A DNA stretch of 64,000 bases from Felis catus (taxonomy: Eukaryota), in assembly GCF_018350175.1 (NCBI RefSeq), contig NC_058368.1, positions 234,920,001-234,984,000 of the forward strand, written 5' to 3'. The number at the start of each line of letters is the position of its first letter. Position 1 is the stretch's first letter. Shown here one piece after another: positions 1 to 11,960 of the stretch. A program made the translations under genes and the position numbers. The notes under the pieces were generated by a model. That model was not told where the DNA came from. It saw only the letters and a list, made by a program, of their open reading frames with translations, and searched no databases.

Positions 1-110
1 CCAAAACCAACAGCATACTGTATATGCTGTATGCTAGGCAACTTGACAATAAATTACATTAAAAATGAAATAAATATTAAAAAATAAGATGATAGAAAAA
101 GAAAATAAAA
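1..110 (+). mobile_element. L1 3' end (carnivore/feline L1), cut by window edge
   Basis: ccaaaaccaacagcatactg...acttgacaataaattacatt plus A-rich tail; matches the L1 3'UTR end at 61011-61075 in this window. Confidence 0.85.
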
Positions 111-782
111 AAGGGGAGACTAAAGAAGCTGAAAAAAAAAATCACGTTGCTGCCGGGTCTCATCCTAAAACATCTTCAAATATCCTCGCTACATCAGGGC
201 GTGGATTGGGAAGAAAACGATTGTGTTTTGGGCCGAGGTGACTTTTCTCCCGGATTCCACCCTCAGGCACATCTGAAGACCTCCCGGCCCATGCCCTCCT
301 CTGGGCGCTGGACTGGACAGAGGGATGGGGGAGGGAGACTCTGCTCGCACCCAGGAAGTGCTGCACTTGACACAGGAGCAACGCGGTCCAGAAGGAAGCA
401 GAGGAAGAGGGCTCTGTTGGGCACCGTGTTCTTAGCGAAGCGGGTTCCCTGGTGAACAAACAGCAAAGGTCTGCCTAGCTCTGAGCTCGGCGCACCGGAG
501 GGTGCAGATGCTTTCTTGGGGGGTTCTGGTAGACAGTCGGTACAGGGAAGCCATTGCACGCGAATTTAAGGGTGAAATCCAGTATTCTTGGCTCTCTCGG
601 GTTGGTACATAATCTATTTTACAGATGCTAATAGTGTCTCGGGTGTGCGGAAAAAGAAGTCTGTCTACAGATACAATTCCTACCTTTGAATAAAGGAAAA
701 CTGTGGCTTTCTGGCTGCAGGGTGAAGAAGGGACCACAGGCAGGTTAGCATGTCCGCTGCCCAGGGTGTTAGTTTAGGTTTC

Positions 783-1023
783 TTTTCTTTTTTTTTTTAT
801 TTATTTTTTATTTTTTTTTTAACGTTTATTTATTTTTGAGACAGAGAGAGACAGAGCATGAACGGGGAAGGGGCAGAGAGAGAGGGAGACACAGGATCCG
901 AAGCAGGCTCCAGGCTCTGAGCCGTCAGCACAGAGCCCGACGCGGGGCTCGAACTCCCGGACCGCGAGATCATGACCTGAGCCGAAGTCGGACGCTTAAC
1001 CGACTGAGCCACCCAGGCGCCCC
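783..1023 (-). mobile_element. Can-SINE (SINEC_Fc-type)
   Basis: Reverse complement of the GGGGCGCCTGGGTGGCTCAGTCGG head, (CT)n region, poly-T; TSD TAGGTTTC at 775-782 and 1024-1031. Confidence 0.95.
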
Positions 1024-1847
1024 TAGGTTTCCAGTATTAGAGTAATTCACTCTAACCACCTGCTTCTCTCCTTATTTCCCACAGAAGGGATGCCTGCAGT
1101 CACTGGAAAAGGTCTGGGTAGCATCTTGGGCTTTGGTGGAGTGCCCAGTGTTTCTGTAACGTGAACTTTCCATCACAGACACATCATGCCGGGCGCTTCC
1201 GTGTTCAAGAAGATGGAATGCATTCCCCTGGTAATGAAACGTAATTCCACAAAAGCATTCATTGTACTCCTGGTCTGTTATGCCAGGTTTAGCTTCAGAT
1301 GAATTCACTTTTCTTAGTGACTTTGTCCGGGGGAAGGGGGTGGCATGTCCCACTGGAACATCGTCTGTGAAAACTTGACTGTGGAAAGGGAAGTGCTCTC
1401 CGTGCATGGCAGGAGACATACTTTTCTCTCAGGATGGTAAGGGCGACGTGGTCATGACTGAAGTGACATTGCCCAACCGAGGCGCTCGTCAGCAGCTGGT
1501 CATGAGCAGGTGAGGGCAGCAAAGTGGTGAACATTGGACAGTCCAACAACAACACCCCACATATGCACGGTAGACTCTCTCCCATTTCAAAGGAGCGCTG
1601 ATTAAACATTTACCATCGACTGGGCACTGGGCCATAGGTCTACGTGAGGAACATACAAAGATGTAGTAAGTCTCACTTTCTAATTTCTAGAAACTGACAG
1701 CCAAGACAAATAAAAGATAAAAATTATACACACACACACACACACAATATATGTTGTGTAATATATGACGATGTTTCTACATAAAATATTATGACGTATG
1801 TACAAACACATGTCCTATTATGTAATATACAATATAGATGAAGTATG

Positions 1848-2536
1848 AGTGATGGCTATTTTTTTAAGTTGATTTATTTATTTTGAGAGAGAGAGAGAGA
1901 GAGAGAAAGGAAGAGAGGGAGAGAGCACAGGGGAAGGGCAGAGAGAGGGAGAGAGAGAATTCCCAAGCAGGCTCCATGCTGTCAGTGCAGAGCCCAATGC
2001 AGGGCTCGAACCCACAAAGTGTGGGATCATGACCTGAGCCGAAACCAAGAACTGTATGCGTAACCAACTGAACCACCCAGGTGCCCCGTGTTGGTTAATT
2101 TTACGTGCTGACATGGCCGGGCCCCGGCGCTCCGATATTTGATCAAACATTGTTCTGGATGGTGACATTATTACTATTATTTTCTGAGAGTGTGTCTTGG
2201 ATGAGATGAACATTGACATTGGTGGATTTTGAGTAAAGCCGGCTCCTCTGTCTAATGCAGGTGGGCCGTGTCTGATCGGTGGAAGGTCTAAACAGAAGAG
2301 AAAGTGTGGCCTCCTCTGAGCAAGAGCGAATTCTCCAGAAGGTGGCCTCTGGACTTCATCGCTCCCTGGTTCTACAGCAGACCGCCTTTGGACTAGAGCT
2401 GGAACGTCGGCTCTCCCGTCTCCGGCCCTACTGGCTCACCCTGCCAGCCTCCATAAACACGTGAGCCGATTCTTTCCAAAACATCTATATGTTCATCCTA
2501 CCTGCTCTGTTTCTCTGGGGAAGCCTGACTGATGCA
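1848..2536 (+). mobile_element. MLT2-family (ERVL) solo LTR, interrupted near its 5' end by a SINE
   Basis: gtgttggttaattttacgtg...gatatttgatcaaacattgttctggat...ttgagtaaagc and terminal ctgtttctctggggaagcctgactgatgca resemble the MLT2 consensus. Confidence 0.8.
1861..2087 (-). mobile_element. Can-SINE (older subfamily)
   Basis: SINE head/body and (GA)n; diverged TSD gtgatggctatttt / gtgttggttaatttt. Confidence 0.93.
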
Positions 2537-3394
2537 ATATGACAGCATTTGCCGGAGAAGGGAGTTTGCTGTGCAAACACAGAGAAGGAAGCATGTCTTT
2601 GTGTCCCTGCAGGGCTTTGTGGAAGTGTCTCTAATATGAGGGTCGGTGAGCTGGCTGGAAGGGGTGAGGCGAGATGAGCCTTCAGCAGAGATGGAACCCG
2701 CGGCCTCTTGGCTCACTGGTTCGCTCCTCTGCCCTCCCATGTACTCTTTTATTGGCTGAGGCCCCACAGTGTGTCCGTCCCTCCCACATGGCCTGGATTT
2801 CACCTGCCAGGTGCTGGAGGAGGACACAGCCCAGTACATGCACCCATTCTGGTTTAACGGGCATTTTTAGTTCCCAGCAAGCGTCCTCACAATCCCTCCC
2901 GCTGAAAACCCTCCTCGTGGGGGGAGGTCGGCCAAGAGGGCAGAGAAGGGGAGCCGGGGGACGGGCCCTGCTGTGTTTCCTAACCGAGCCCCCAAGAGGC
3001 CAAACCCTCCCAGGAAGGTGACGGCGTGTCCCCACCGCCAGAGGACTCCTGAAGATATTCTTCAGTCTCTGTGTCACTAGGAAGGTGACAGTCACCCTGA
3101 TCCTTGGCAAATCAAGGAGAAAGGGCCCAGGGGTGGGAGGCTGGCTCCCTGTAGCTACCAGGGGAGAACTGACTTCCTAACTGCTCCACGAATATCCTGA
3201 CGTCTCCACCCTAGGGGAACTGATTTACAAGGAAATGGGTACTTTTTGCTAATATAGTTACAAATAAATTTAAAAGATCTTATGCATCTTCTGCTGTGTT
3301 TCCTAACATGTAAAATTAGGAACCTCTGTTCTTGGACGTTGGCAGATTATTCCTTCCATGTCAGGGACTCTGTGTTCTCTGACTGGTACTCATG

Positions 3395-3728
3395 ACTTTC
3401 CTGAAGGCTCTTGGGGGAGGGCCCTTCCTCTCCTTTCTCCTAGCTTCTAGTGTTTGCTGGCAATCCCGAGGTCCTTGGCTTACAGACACTTCACTCCCAT
3501 CTCTGCCTGCATCATCGCGTGGTGTTCTCCCTGTGGGAGTCTGTTTCTGTGGCTCCTCTCCTCTTCTTAGGACACAGTCCCTGGATTAGTGCCCTCCTGA
3601 GGTGTTCCCTGGCCTCATCGCCACTTGATCCCATCTGCAGAGAACCCATTTTCAGATAAACCCACATCCACGGGTTCTTGGGACTGGGGCTTCCACTTAT
3701 GTCTTGGGGGACACAATTCAGCCCTCAC
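3395..3728 (-). mobile_element. MaLR LTR (MLT1C/D-like), partial
   Basis: tagcttctagtgtttgctggcaatcc...catctgcagagaacccattttcagataa...tgggggacacaattcagccc are typical antisense MLT1 motifs. Confidence 0.75.
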
Positions 3729-4837
3729 TGGCACCTCTGGGTCCCCCAAACAAGGTTAATGACCGAGGACTTGCCAGCCTGTCTCGTTCCCTCTCCCCCT
3801 CCCAACAAAGTGCTCTGTGCATCCTAAAGTACATTCTACAGGTTTGCAAACGACCTTACCCAACCCTCTTGGAAAGGTTTGGCCGAGGAATTATTTGAAA
3901 TTTAGATTTTTTTTTTTAAATTCAGATTTATTAAAAAACCTCCTTTGTAGGAATCAGGACACAAAATCATTTTTCTCTGCTGTGTTTTTCCACACATCGT
4001 GATGGAGATGAAAAGGCAGTTTATTTCAAGTGAAGTCCGCGAAGCCAAGCGTGACCTCAACACAGTGCAAATATTCACCACCTCATTATGCACAGACTCC
4101 TCCAGTGCTCGATTTTCTTAAATAATTCTCGCAGTGCCCCAGTAGGTCAGAAAAGATCCTTATCTCATTATAACCGTTAGTTATTACAAAAAAATAAGCC
4201 AACAACAACACACCCTTTGGCTCCCCAAGTAGAAACCTATGTGAACAGGGGAAATGTAAATCTGGGGAGCGTAACGAAGGATCACAAAAGGTGATTTTGA
4301 AAATTTAAAGTTGAGAGCTGTGGTTCACGGTCCTCACCGAAATCTCAACAACTTTGCTTTCCATCAGCGGCACGGAGCCTTGAAGGTGGAGCTCCTATGG
4401 GCGCAAACACCCCAGAGCCCCACGCTCGGCTGACTCATTCGCCGGTGAAGGGCTGGTGGCCTTCTCCCAGCGGACCTCCGGGGGGACAGAACCGTGGGCG
4501 CTCGCTAACCTGCCTCCTGTGCATCTCCCTGCAGTAGATGCTGTAGTGATAGAGACAAGCCGTGCGTGGTGGCCAAGTCGTTTGCTGTGTCCTTACTTCA
4601 CACGCTGCCCTTGGCGACAGTATCTCGACATCACTACTGACCTTCTAGTTCAAGCCTCACCTGGTTACTTTGCCTTGGCATGTTCCATCAATTCAGCGTC
4701 GATCCTTCCTACGCATCTCTGGAAAATGAGAATTATTTGACAAGAACAGAAAGAAAAGGAGAAGGTAAATGGTTTGCTTTGATAAATGAAACAAATAAAA
4801 GGATATGACTTGACATTCTTGCAAACCGATATTAATG

Positions 4838-4915
4838 GGGGCGCCTGGGTGGCTCAGTCAGTTGAGCATGCAACTCTTGATTTCGGCTCGGGTCTTGATC
4901 TCAGGGTTCCTGGGA
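4838..4915 (+). mobile_element. Can-SINE head only (3'-truncated)
   Basis: ggggcgcctgggtggctcagtcagttgagcatgcaactcttgatttcggctc... with no CT region or A tail. Confidence 0.85.
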
Positions 4916-5104
4916 GTTTATGGAATTTATGCATCTTAGAAAACCTGAAGACACAACTGGAAGAGACCATCTATTCTAACCCTCTTCCCATGTTTTTCTG
5001 AGCATTTAAAAAGCATTTATACACGTTTCCACACGCTCTTGTAGAAGACAAAGCATTCAACATTGTATAACACCATCTCAGATTTTCTGTTGGGACCATA
5101 TCTA

Positions 5105-5229
5105 TTTTTAAGGAGGCCTCACTCCCAGCAAGGAGCCGAACGTAAGGTCTGAACTCACGACCCTGAGATCAAGACCTGATCTGAGACCGAGAGCCAGACA
5201 CCCTACTGACTGAGCCACCCAGGTGCCCC
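5105..5229 (-). mobile_element. Short old Can-SINE
   Basis: gaactcacgaccctgagatcaagacctga...tgagccacccaggtgcccc; diverged TSD ggaccatatctatt / ggaccatgcctatt. Confidence 0.85.
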
Positions 5230-5263
5230 AGGACCATGCCTATTGTTTTTAAAACTGTGGATT

Positions 5264-5475
5264 GTGGCGTCTGGGTGGCTCAGTCGGTTGAGCATCTGAC
5301 TCTGGCTCAGGTCATGATCTCACAGCTCGTGAGTTCGAGCCCCGCGTCAGGCTCTGTGCCGACAGCTCTGAGCCTGGAGCCTGCTTTGGATTATGTGTCT
5401 CCCTCTCTCTCTGCCCCTCCCCACTCACACTCTGTCTCTCTCTGTCTCCAAAATAAATAAACATTAATAAAAAAA
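5264..5475 (+). mobile_element. Can-SINE
   Basis: Full head, CT region, aataaa tail; TSD aaaactgtgga. Confidence 0.93.
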
Positions 5476-5525
5476 CTGTGGAGATGGGTCACTGACCAAA
5501 CAGTTCTGAAAAAGAAACATAATTT

Positions 5526-5593
5526 TAGGCAAAAGTACATATTACAGGAGTTTAGTTTATTGGAAGTCTGGTATGTGCCGTGAGTCAGAAATA
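5526..5593 (+). repeat. 68-bp dispersed duplication, copy 1
   Basis: 67/68 identical to 6813-6880. Confidence 0.95.
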
Positions 5594-6704
5594 AGGGTAA
5601 AGTGTGAGAAAATCAAGCTGTTATAACATGAATACAGATTTTTGCTATAAAAATTCTTTTATCAAGTGTTGAATTTTTAAATGTCGAATCATGCTTCTGG
5701 GAATCAGTGAGATAGCACATCGACTTTTGTTGAAGTCCGTGAGTGTGTGTTTGTACGTGTGACATTCCCTCTTATAAATAACACAAGAAAATGGAGTGGG
5801 TTACCTCACATCCCCTTGATCACAGATCCTGCCTGCAGCACAGACGGCCACCCCCCGGGGATGCTCTCCCGTTCTTGGGTGTGAATCAAAGGCAGTTGAC
5901 AGTCTTCTCACATGTATGAAGCTTACTTCCAATATGGCGTTCCTTCCCAAATTCCCGCCTCTTGCTCATGGCACACTGAATACCCAGGTATTGTGTGATC
6001 TCTTCCGCATTTCATCTCGATGTAAAGATACGAAAATAGTCAGCAAGATGGTCCACATCTCGCTCGACTCGCCTCAGGTCAGCATTACTTCATGTCTTCC
6101 TCAAAACTCTTCTCACCTGTGTAGAAGGATACCAATCGCCCCACGCTCCTAGGGCATTCAAGGCTTTACTGTGACACCAGCACACGTGACTCCTCACCTC
6201 TCTGAAAGGCGCTTCTGCTGCAGATCAGAAACGGATAAGAACATTTCCTTGGGATGGACGAGCCGGAATCTGGGGCCTGGCTGTGTGCACCCCACGCCCC
6301 GCACCACTTCCTGTAAGCCGGTGACTACGCGGGCAGGTCCTCTCATCCCAGTGTCTCAGGTCTCTTCATGAAAGTCGCGTGCAGCAGGCACACTGTGGAT
6401 ACGTTATCGCCATGTTTCCTTTGATCACAGAAGTGAGACAGTCAAACCAGGCTTGATCGCGTCACCTGGCACGAATCCATTCCCCCAGCACCTTGGGCTC
6501 AGTGTACTTGCTGGAATGAATACACCACCTTAGATGACAATGACTCAGGGATTATCTCCACACACGATCTCGAGTGAGACCCCACTGCCAGCCACAGACC
6601 CAGGGCAGCATCTGAACCCAAGCACTTCCGGAATTAGCACTCAAGCCTTTTGGGGGACAAATTCCATGCCCAAAGTTCCAGGGACATGTGTTTGCAGACC
6701 TTCC

Positions 6705-6800
6705 TCTTCCCAGTGCCGTTTAGGTTGTGTGACATTTGGAAGTTTCATGGCCTTTCTGGGTCTTATAACTTAATGTGAATTAAGGCAGGTACGTGTATCA
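6705..6800 (+). mobile_element. Degraded MIR fragment
   Basis: ttgtgtgacatttggaagtttcatggcctttctgggtc resembles the MIR core (ctgtgtgaccttgggcaagtta). Confidence 0.5.
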
Positions 6801-6812
6801 CACACGTACCTA

Positions 6813-6880
6813 TAGGCAAAAGTACATATTACAGGAGTTTAGTTTATTGGAAGTCTGGTATGTGCAGTGAGTCAGAAATA
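6813..6880 (+). repeat. 68-bp dispersed duplication, copy 2
   Basis: 67/68 identical to 5526-5593; short inverted repeats on both flanks. Confidence 0.95.
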
Positions 6881-6961
6881 CGCTCTATTCTGAGCATAAA
6901 ATAGAGGTTTGGGAGATGTCTTATCAACGTCAACTAGGAGATCACTGCTCTCCTGCTTCCT

Positions 6962-6997
6962 CTTTTTAAAATATTTTTAAGTTTATTTATTTATTTT

Positions 6998-7028
<31 letters not shown>

Positions 7029-7194
7029 TACAAGCAGGGGAGGGGCAGAGAGAGAGGGAGAGAAAGAATCCCAAGCAGGCTCCAGAGGGTCAGCCCAGAG
7101 CTCAATGCAGGGCTTGAACTCACAAACCGTGAGATCACGTCTGAGCCAAAACCAAGAGTTAGATGCTAAATTGATTGAGCCACCCAGGCGCCCC
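6962..7194 (-). mobile_element. Can-SINE with (GACA)n
   Basis: Antisense SINE head, body and tail. Confidence 0.93.
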
Positions 7195-8728
7195 TGTTCC
7201 TTCCTTTTCGATTCCACTCAAAATTCTCCATCCAGGACCAGAGGTCACGTCAGCCTTGGACGCAGAGGGAAGTGAAGTGAGCAGCCCGGTGTGTCCCCCA
7301 CTTTCCTCCAGTCACTGTGAGGAGTTGTCCCATGGCCCTTTGGCTCTGGCACCGCTGTTGAGAGTGGCTGATGTTTGGCAGTTTCCAAGTGTTTCTCAAA
7401 AGTCAACACAGGGGTGTGGACAATCACCACGGGCTCCACCAAGCCCCTGCCAGAAAATGGGAAACTGGGAAAGAAGCCCAATGGGACAGACACCTGCTGA
7501 CTAGTTACCCTCGCTCTGACGAGAACCCCCCTCCAGAAGTCTCTATGGGGCTTTGAGTGACCAGAAACTGATCAATCAATCGATCTCTGTACTGTATGGA
7601 AACTTCCAGTATTCCACAAAAAGTCTTCAAGACTCAAGACAGTGGGGACAAGTAAGTACATAAACACAACCTTTGATCTCAACTTAGAAAGTGGGGTCCT
7701 TGCGTGTCTCATCTACGATCCGGCCACTTCCTGGAGGTGCCTGGCATCCTAGACGGGAGGTATGCACCGTGAGTGGGGGCACAAATGTCATAGACCCCCG
7801 TGTGCCCTCCTCCTGGCAGCAAGAATACGCTTTAGACCCAGGGCCTCCTACAGGGCAGGGCACGTGGGAGTCCACACGCTCCTGTGGAAAGGGGGGTGAG
7901 GTAGGGCCACTGTGTCAAGTGCCATTTTATCTCCTACTGCCCAACACTTGGGGTTTAAAATGGAACCGGGAGGCCCCTCGCTGGGTGGAAACATGAACCC
8001 ACTGGTCCAAACCACAAATATTCCAAGGACTCTGCGGGTGCCCCTGCGACGTGCTCTGGGAACTGGAGTTTGCTCCCCGAGAGCCTTAGCAGCCAATTAT
8101 GTCGGGCCCAGATGCGCTCCTGCCATCGGCACTGACCCGGATTCTTTGTAAACAGCATATACAAGCCTTCCCCTTTCTCATTAAACCCCCCTGGCTTTTG
8201 TCCCCCCAGGGGACACAATGTGAGTTGCTGCCCAAACTGGCGCTCCCCGAACTTCACTTCTGAGACCCTTAAAGAAATGCTTTTGCTTTATTTCAGGTCT
8301 GCCTCTTCTGCATCGGGGGCTCCCCGCCCCCAAGCTCGGGACCATCGTCCTGGGGCAGAGGCGTCGCTCTGTGGTGGTCACCCACGGTGGACGGAGAAGG
8401 GGAGCACGATGTGTGCCTGTGAGCACGGCTGGTTGTGCTGTGCCTGGATATTTCTCGCATCGACTGTCCCTTGTGTAGCGACAGGTGAACAGGGGTGTGT
8501 GGGGCACAAGCGGCCGGTCTTAGTGGACCAGGTCCTCGGATGCGGGCTTCACCCCCCACATTCCATGTCGGCAGCTCAGAGATGCACAGCGTCGTCCTTC
8601 TCAGCATTTTGGAAACCAGGCACGTCTTACTGGTGGATTCGTACACTTAATGGGGTTCTCTTCTGTTTGTACTCTGGAAAGCCGATAAAATGTTTCAGAA
8701 TCACCGCCCTCTGAGAATGGACAAAGTC

Positions 8729-8770
8729 GCGTTCTTACTGCTGAGCATGGCGTTCTTACTGCTGAGCATG
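8729..8770 (+). repeat. Perfect 21-bp tandem duplication
   Basis: gcgttcttactgctgagcatg x2. Confidence 0.95.
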
Positions 8771-9549
8771 TTGCATCCCGCATTAGGAGAGAAAAGGAAT
8801 GCCAACGGATACAAAGTCTACTTACCCACAGGGAGAGGCTGAGTCCCACTCCAGGGATTCGGGCTGCATCGACCTCAGGGGAGGAGGCAGACTGCTCTCT
8901 CTCCCTGAACTCGGCTCAGGAAGCGCTGGGGAACGTGGAAGAAGGTTCTGGAAGATCAGGATCCTGAAGATCCAGCTCTTTTCGTGCCTCTGTGTCTTCA
9001 ACAGGCCGCTTACAGTTCATTTCCATTCTATGCCAGCCTCTTCCTTTCTAAATGATAGAACTCGTTCAAGTGGCCACTTTCCTCTGGTTGGAGAGGCACG
9101 TCACCTGCTTCGTGGTTAATGACGCAACGGCTAACTTGATGTACAGCCCTTGTTTTCTTTTCTTTTTACAGTTGCCTTACAGATCGCTTTAGAAACCAGT
9201 CACGCGACGGAGGGCTGCTGGATCGAGTTGAAAGTTCTTTATTCATGTTGCCAAGCTAGCTTTGAAAAATGATATGCTGATTATAAATACTAGCAGGGTG
9301 TGATTACACCAGCCTCACAATCAATTCATCAGCATTATTTATTTGGTTAATTTGAAAAGCCTAAAATGATAATAATAATAAAAAAAAGAGAAAAGCATAA
9401 AACATTAAGGCGTGGTTTACTTCCGCCCTTCTTTGATTGTTCTTTGGTTCGGGTGTATTTCATGTATATTACTTTACTCCCTGTATTGGCGTTTACTTGG
9501 GAGGCACTGGGGGATAAGATTGAGCAGAATAGATACAATTTTCACCTCT

Positions 9550-9910
9550 TGTGTCAGTTTGGTTCCTGTGGGAAGCAGAGGTCGGGATGGAGTGAGAAGT
9601 CAAAGGGTATGGAGGGGAAGGTCTGTGAGGGACAGAGGGGGCCGGAGAGCCTCAGACCTCAGTAAGGACCCGCACCTGTGGGAGGCAGGGGGGCAGGCAA
9701 AGAGGAACCTCAGATGTCACTGCAGCCTTGAGGACAGCCAGTAGGGCGTCCCAGAGCAAAGGCTGACCTTTAGAAGGATCTGTGTTGGGTCAGGGTCATG
9801 TGGTCCCTGTGTGACAGCAGCCTGGGGGAGGGGGCGGTATGAAGGAGCCCCTGGGAGTCTATCTGCAGCGTCTGTCACAGAGGGGAAGGAAGTGCCTCCC
9901 TAGTAGCCAG
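9550..9910 (-). mobile_element. LTR16-family (ERVL) LTR, old
   Basis: ggttcctgtgggaagcagag...gagagcctcagacc...cctgtg...ccagagcaaaggctgacctttagaagg resembles antisense LTR16. Confidence 0.6.
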
Positions 9911-11224
9911 TCTTCCTGGAGGCTTAATGCTCAAGGAAGTTTGACGTATTATAGGAACTCAACAAATATTAATCGGCTTGGTTATTTACCGGGGTCTAAT
10001 GGTCTCAGGGGAATTGCATGAGTTTCTATATTATGTGGAATTTTCTGGAAATATTTTGTATATCTATCTCCAAACATGGTTATGGCTATTTGGTTTTGTA
10101 TTTTGAAAATTTGAAAACATTATCTGATATGTAAAGCATAAAGGCATATCTTCGGGGTCATATGTAATTATGTTCTTGGCAAAAAGTAACAGGACTAGGC
10201 CATGGATACATTTTCCTTCCTTGAACAATTATTACAATGTGATGGCTGACACTACAGTCCCCTTTAAAGACCGCTCACAGTGTCACCACTTTTCTCTTTC
10301 CCTATATTATTACTATCATTGGGTTGATGAACTGCCATGTCATTTTTCTATGGATCCAGGCCCACGTATATGATTCTGCGTGAGCCACCGTGGGCGTCGT
10401 GGGTTTTTTGGCCATTTGCCTATTGATGGGAAATTAGGTCATTCCCTATCTTTCAGTGATAAAAACCCAGTCGCAGAGAAACCCAGCCTTGATATCTCTC
10501 CCTATCCCCTTCTCCTCTTTATTTTTCTTAGAGAGTACTCATCACTTCCTGACCTTACAGCACATACGTATTTGTTCATTCGGTGATTGCCTATCTCCGC
10601 CCATTAGAATGCAAGTCCCCAGCCAGGCAGAGGGTTGAATGGTTTGTACTAAGAAAATAAGTGGTTTGTGTTGGCTGCCGGCAGCCAGACCGGGATGTTT
10701 CTAACTGAACCACGAATAATGCTCAACACGGCTACCCCATAACCCCGTGGGAATGACAGCGTTGAGTCAGCCCTGTGGCCTTAGGAACGACCAAAGATCC
10801 CCGTCATTCTGTCCCACCTTTCCGCCCACCGCTAGCAAAGGCCGCTCTGCTTTGGTTCTTCCCGCTCCAAGATAAAAATAGGTAAGATCCAAACCACCAA
10901 ACTGCCTTTGTTTCACAACAGCATCCAGCCCTTTCCCGCTTCCGCACATGCCCAGACCCTGTAAGGGATCCCGTACAGCCTGCTCTGCGTACTGAGACCG
11001 CATTTCTTTGGGGTGCCTTTTCCCTTGGCTCAGGAGGCCAAAAAGCAGGTGGTTTTAGCCCAGGTTCCCGGTGGCCTTTTATCATACTTAGCAGCACCCC
11101 GTGCTCAGGACAGTTCTAGGTACGTGCTTGGCACTTTGCAAATATTTTTAGGATGAATGAACAAAGAAGGATGTTAAAACTTCGGAGCCCCGTACAGGTT
11201 AGGGGCATCTCACATCTTAGGGAG

Positions 11225-11600
11225 TACTTCCAAATTGCCTTTCAAGGTGGCTGGCTATAAAGACGTCAGTGCTTAAGAATAATAATTTCCCTTCACGTCC
11301 ACTGGCCCTCATTATGTTAAGTGTTCTAGATTTTCCCGTCTAGTGGGAACAAATAAATCTTGTTTTATTTACTTTTCCTAAGTTGAGAATCATCTGACCA
11401 GGTGGTTTTTGATCGTTTGTATTTCCCCTTATTTGAATCTCCAGTTCATAATCTTTCTTGTTTTTTTCCACTGTGTCCCTCCATCACTTTCTTCCTGAAG
11501 TGTTTGTATTAATTCTGTCTTGTGACCCTTTGTACCATACAGCCACTGCAGATAAGTCAGTGTGTCACGTGACTTCTATTTGTAATTTTTTTTGCTCTTT
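11225..11600 (-). mobile_element. Ancient L1 (L1ME-like) fragment
   Basis: caaattgcctttcaaggtggctg...tcttgttttatttacttttcc...atttcccctt antisense L1 ORF2-end pattern. Confidence 0.5.
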
Positions 11601-11629
11601 TCATTTATTTTTAAGCGTTTATTTGTGAC

Positions 11630-11960
11630 TTAGGCCAGGTTCCCAGAGATAAGAATTCTTGTGCGTGGTTTATTAAGAAAGTGCCCCCCTGGGGAAGGGG
11701 GGCGAGACAGGGGGAGCCGGCCGGGGGTGCGTGTGATTTCCAGTGGGGCCTGGCTCCTGCCGATCCCCCTGGAGGTCTCGGAGCTCTAACCTCCCAGGCA
11801 CCTGCTTGCCCTGAGTTGGGGGGCTGCCTGCTCGCAGTGTTGCCAGATTAAGTCAGGACAGGGCCAGGCGCCCAGACATTTTCAGCTGCCTGCCCATGCC
11901 GGGATCGCTGTTCAGGAGCCCGAGGAGGAGGGAGAGGATTCAAGGGCATCTGGGCAATTT
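11630..11960 (-). mobile_element. Old ERVL-type LTR (LTR16/LTR33-like) fragment
   Basis: ggttcccagagataagaattcttgtgcgtggtttattaagaaagtg resembles the antisense 3' end of this LTR group. Confidence 0.45.

Noticed and set aside
830..1045. Recurrent ORFs such as MAQSVKRPTSAQVMISR and GAPGWRSRLSVRLQPG (also at 5236, 16232, 20381, 28036, 47361 etc.)
   Set aside because: These are translations of Can-SINE sequence, not a gene family.
1072..1609. Possible processed pseudogene
   Set aside because: The translations match no protein I recognise, and there is no poly-A or TSD.
4838..4915. tRNA-like sequence with Pol III A-box
   Set aside because: It is the tRNA-derived Can-SINE head; no complete cloverleaf.
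5526..6880. The 68-bp direct repeats as LTRs of a mini-retroelement or as CRISPR-like repeats
   Set aside because: No TG..CA termini, PBS, PPT or outer TSD; only two copies, in a mammalian context with no cas genes.
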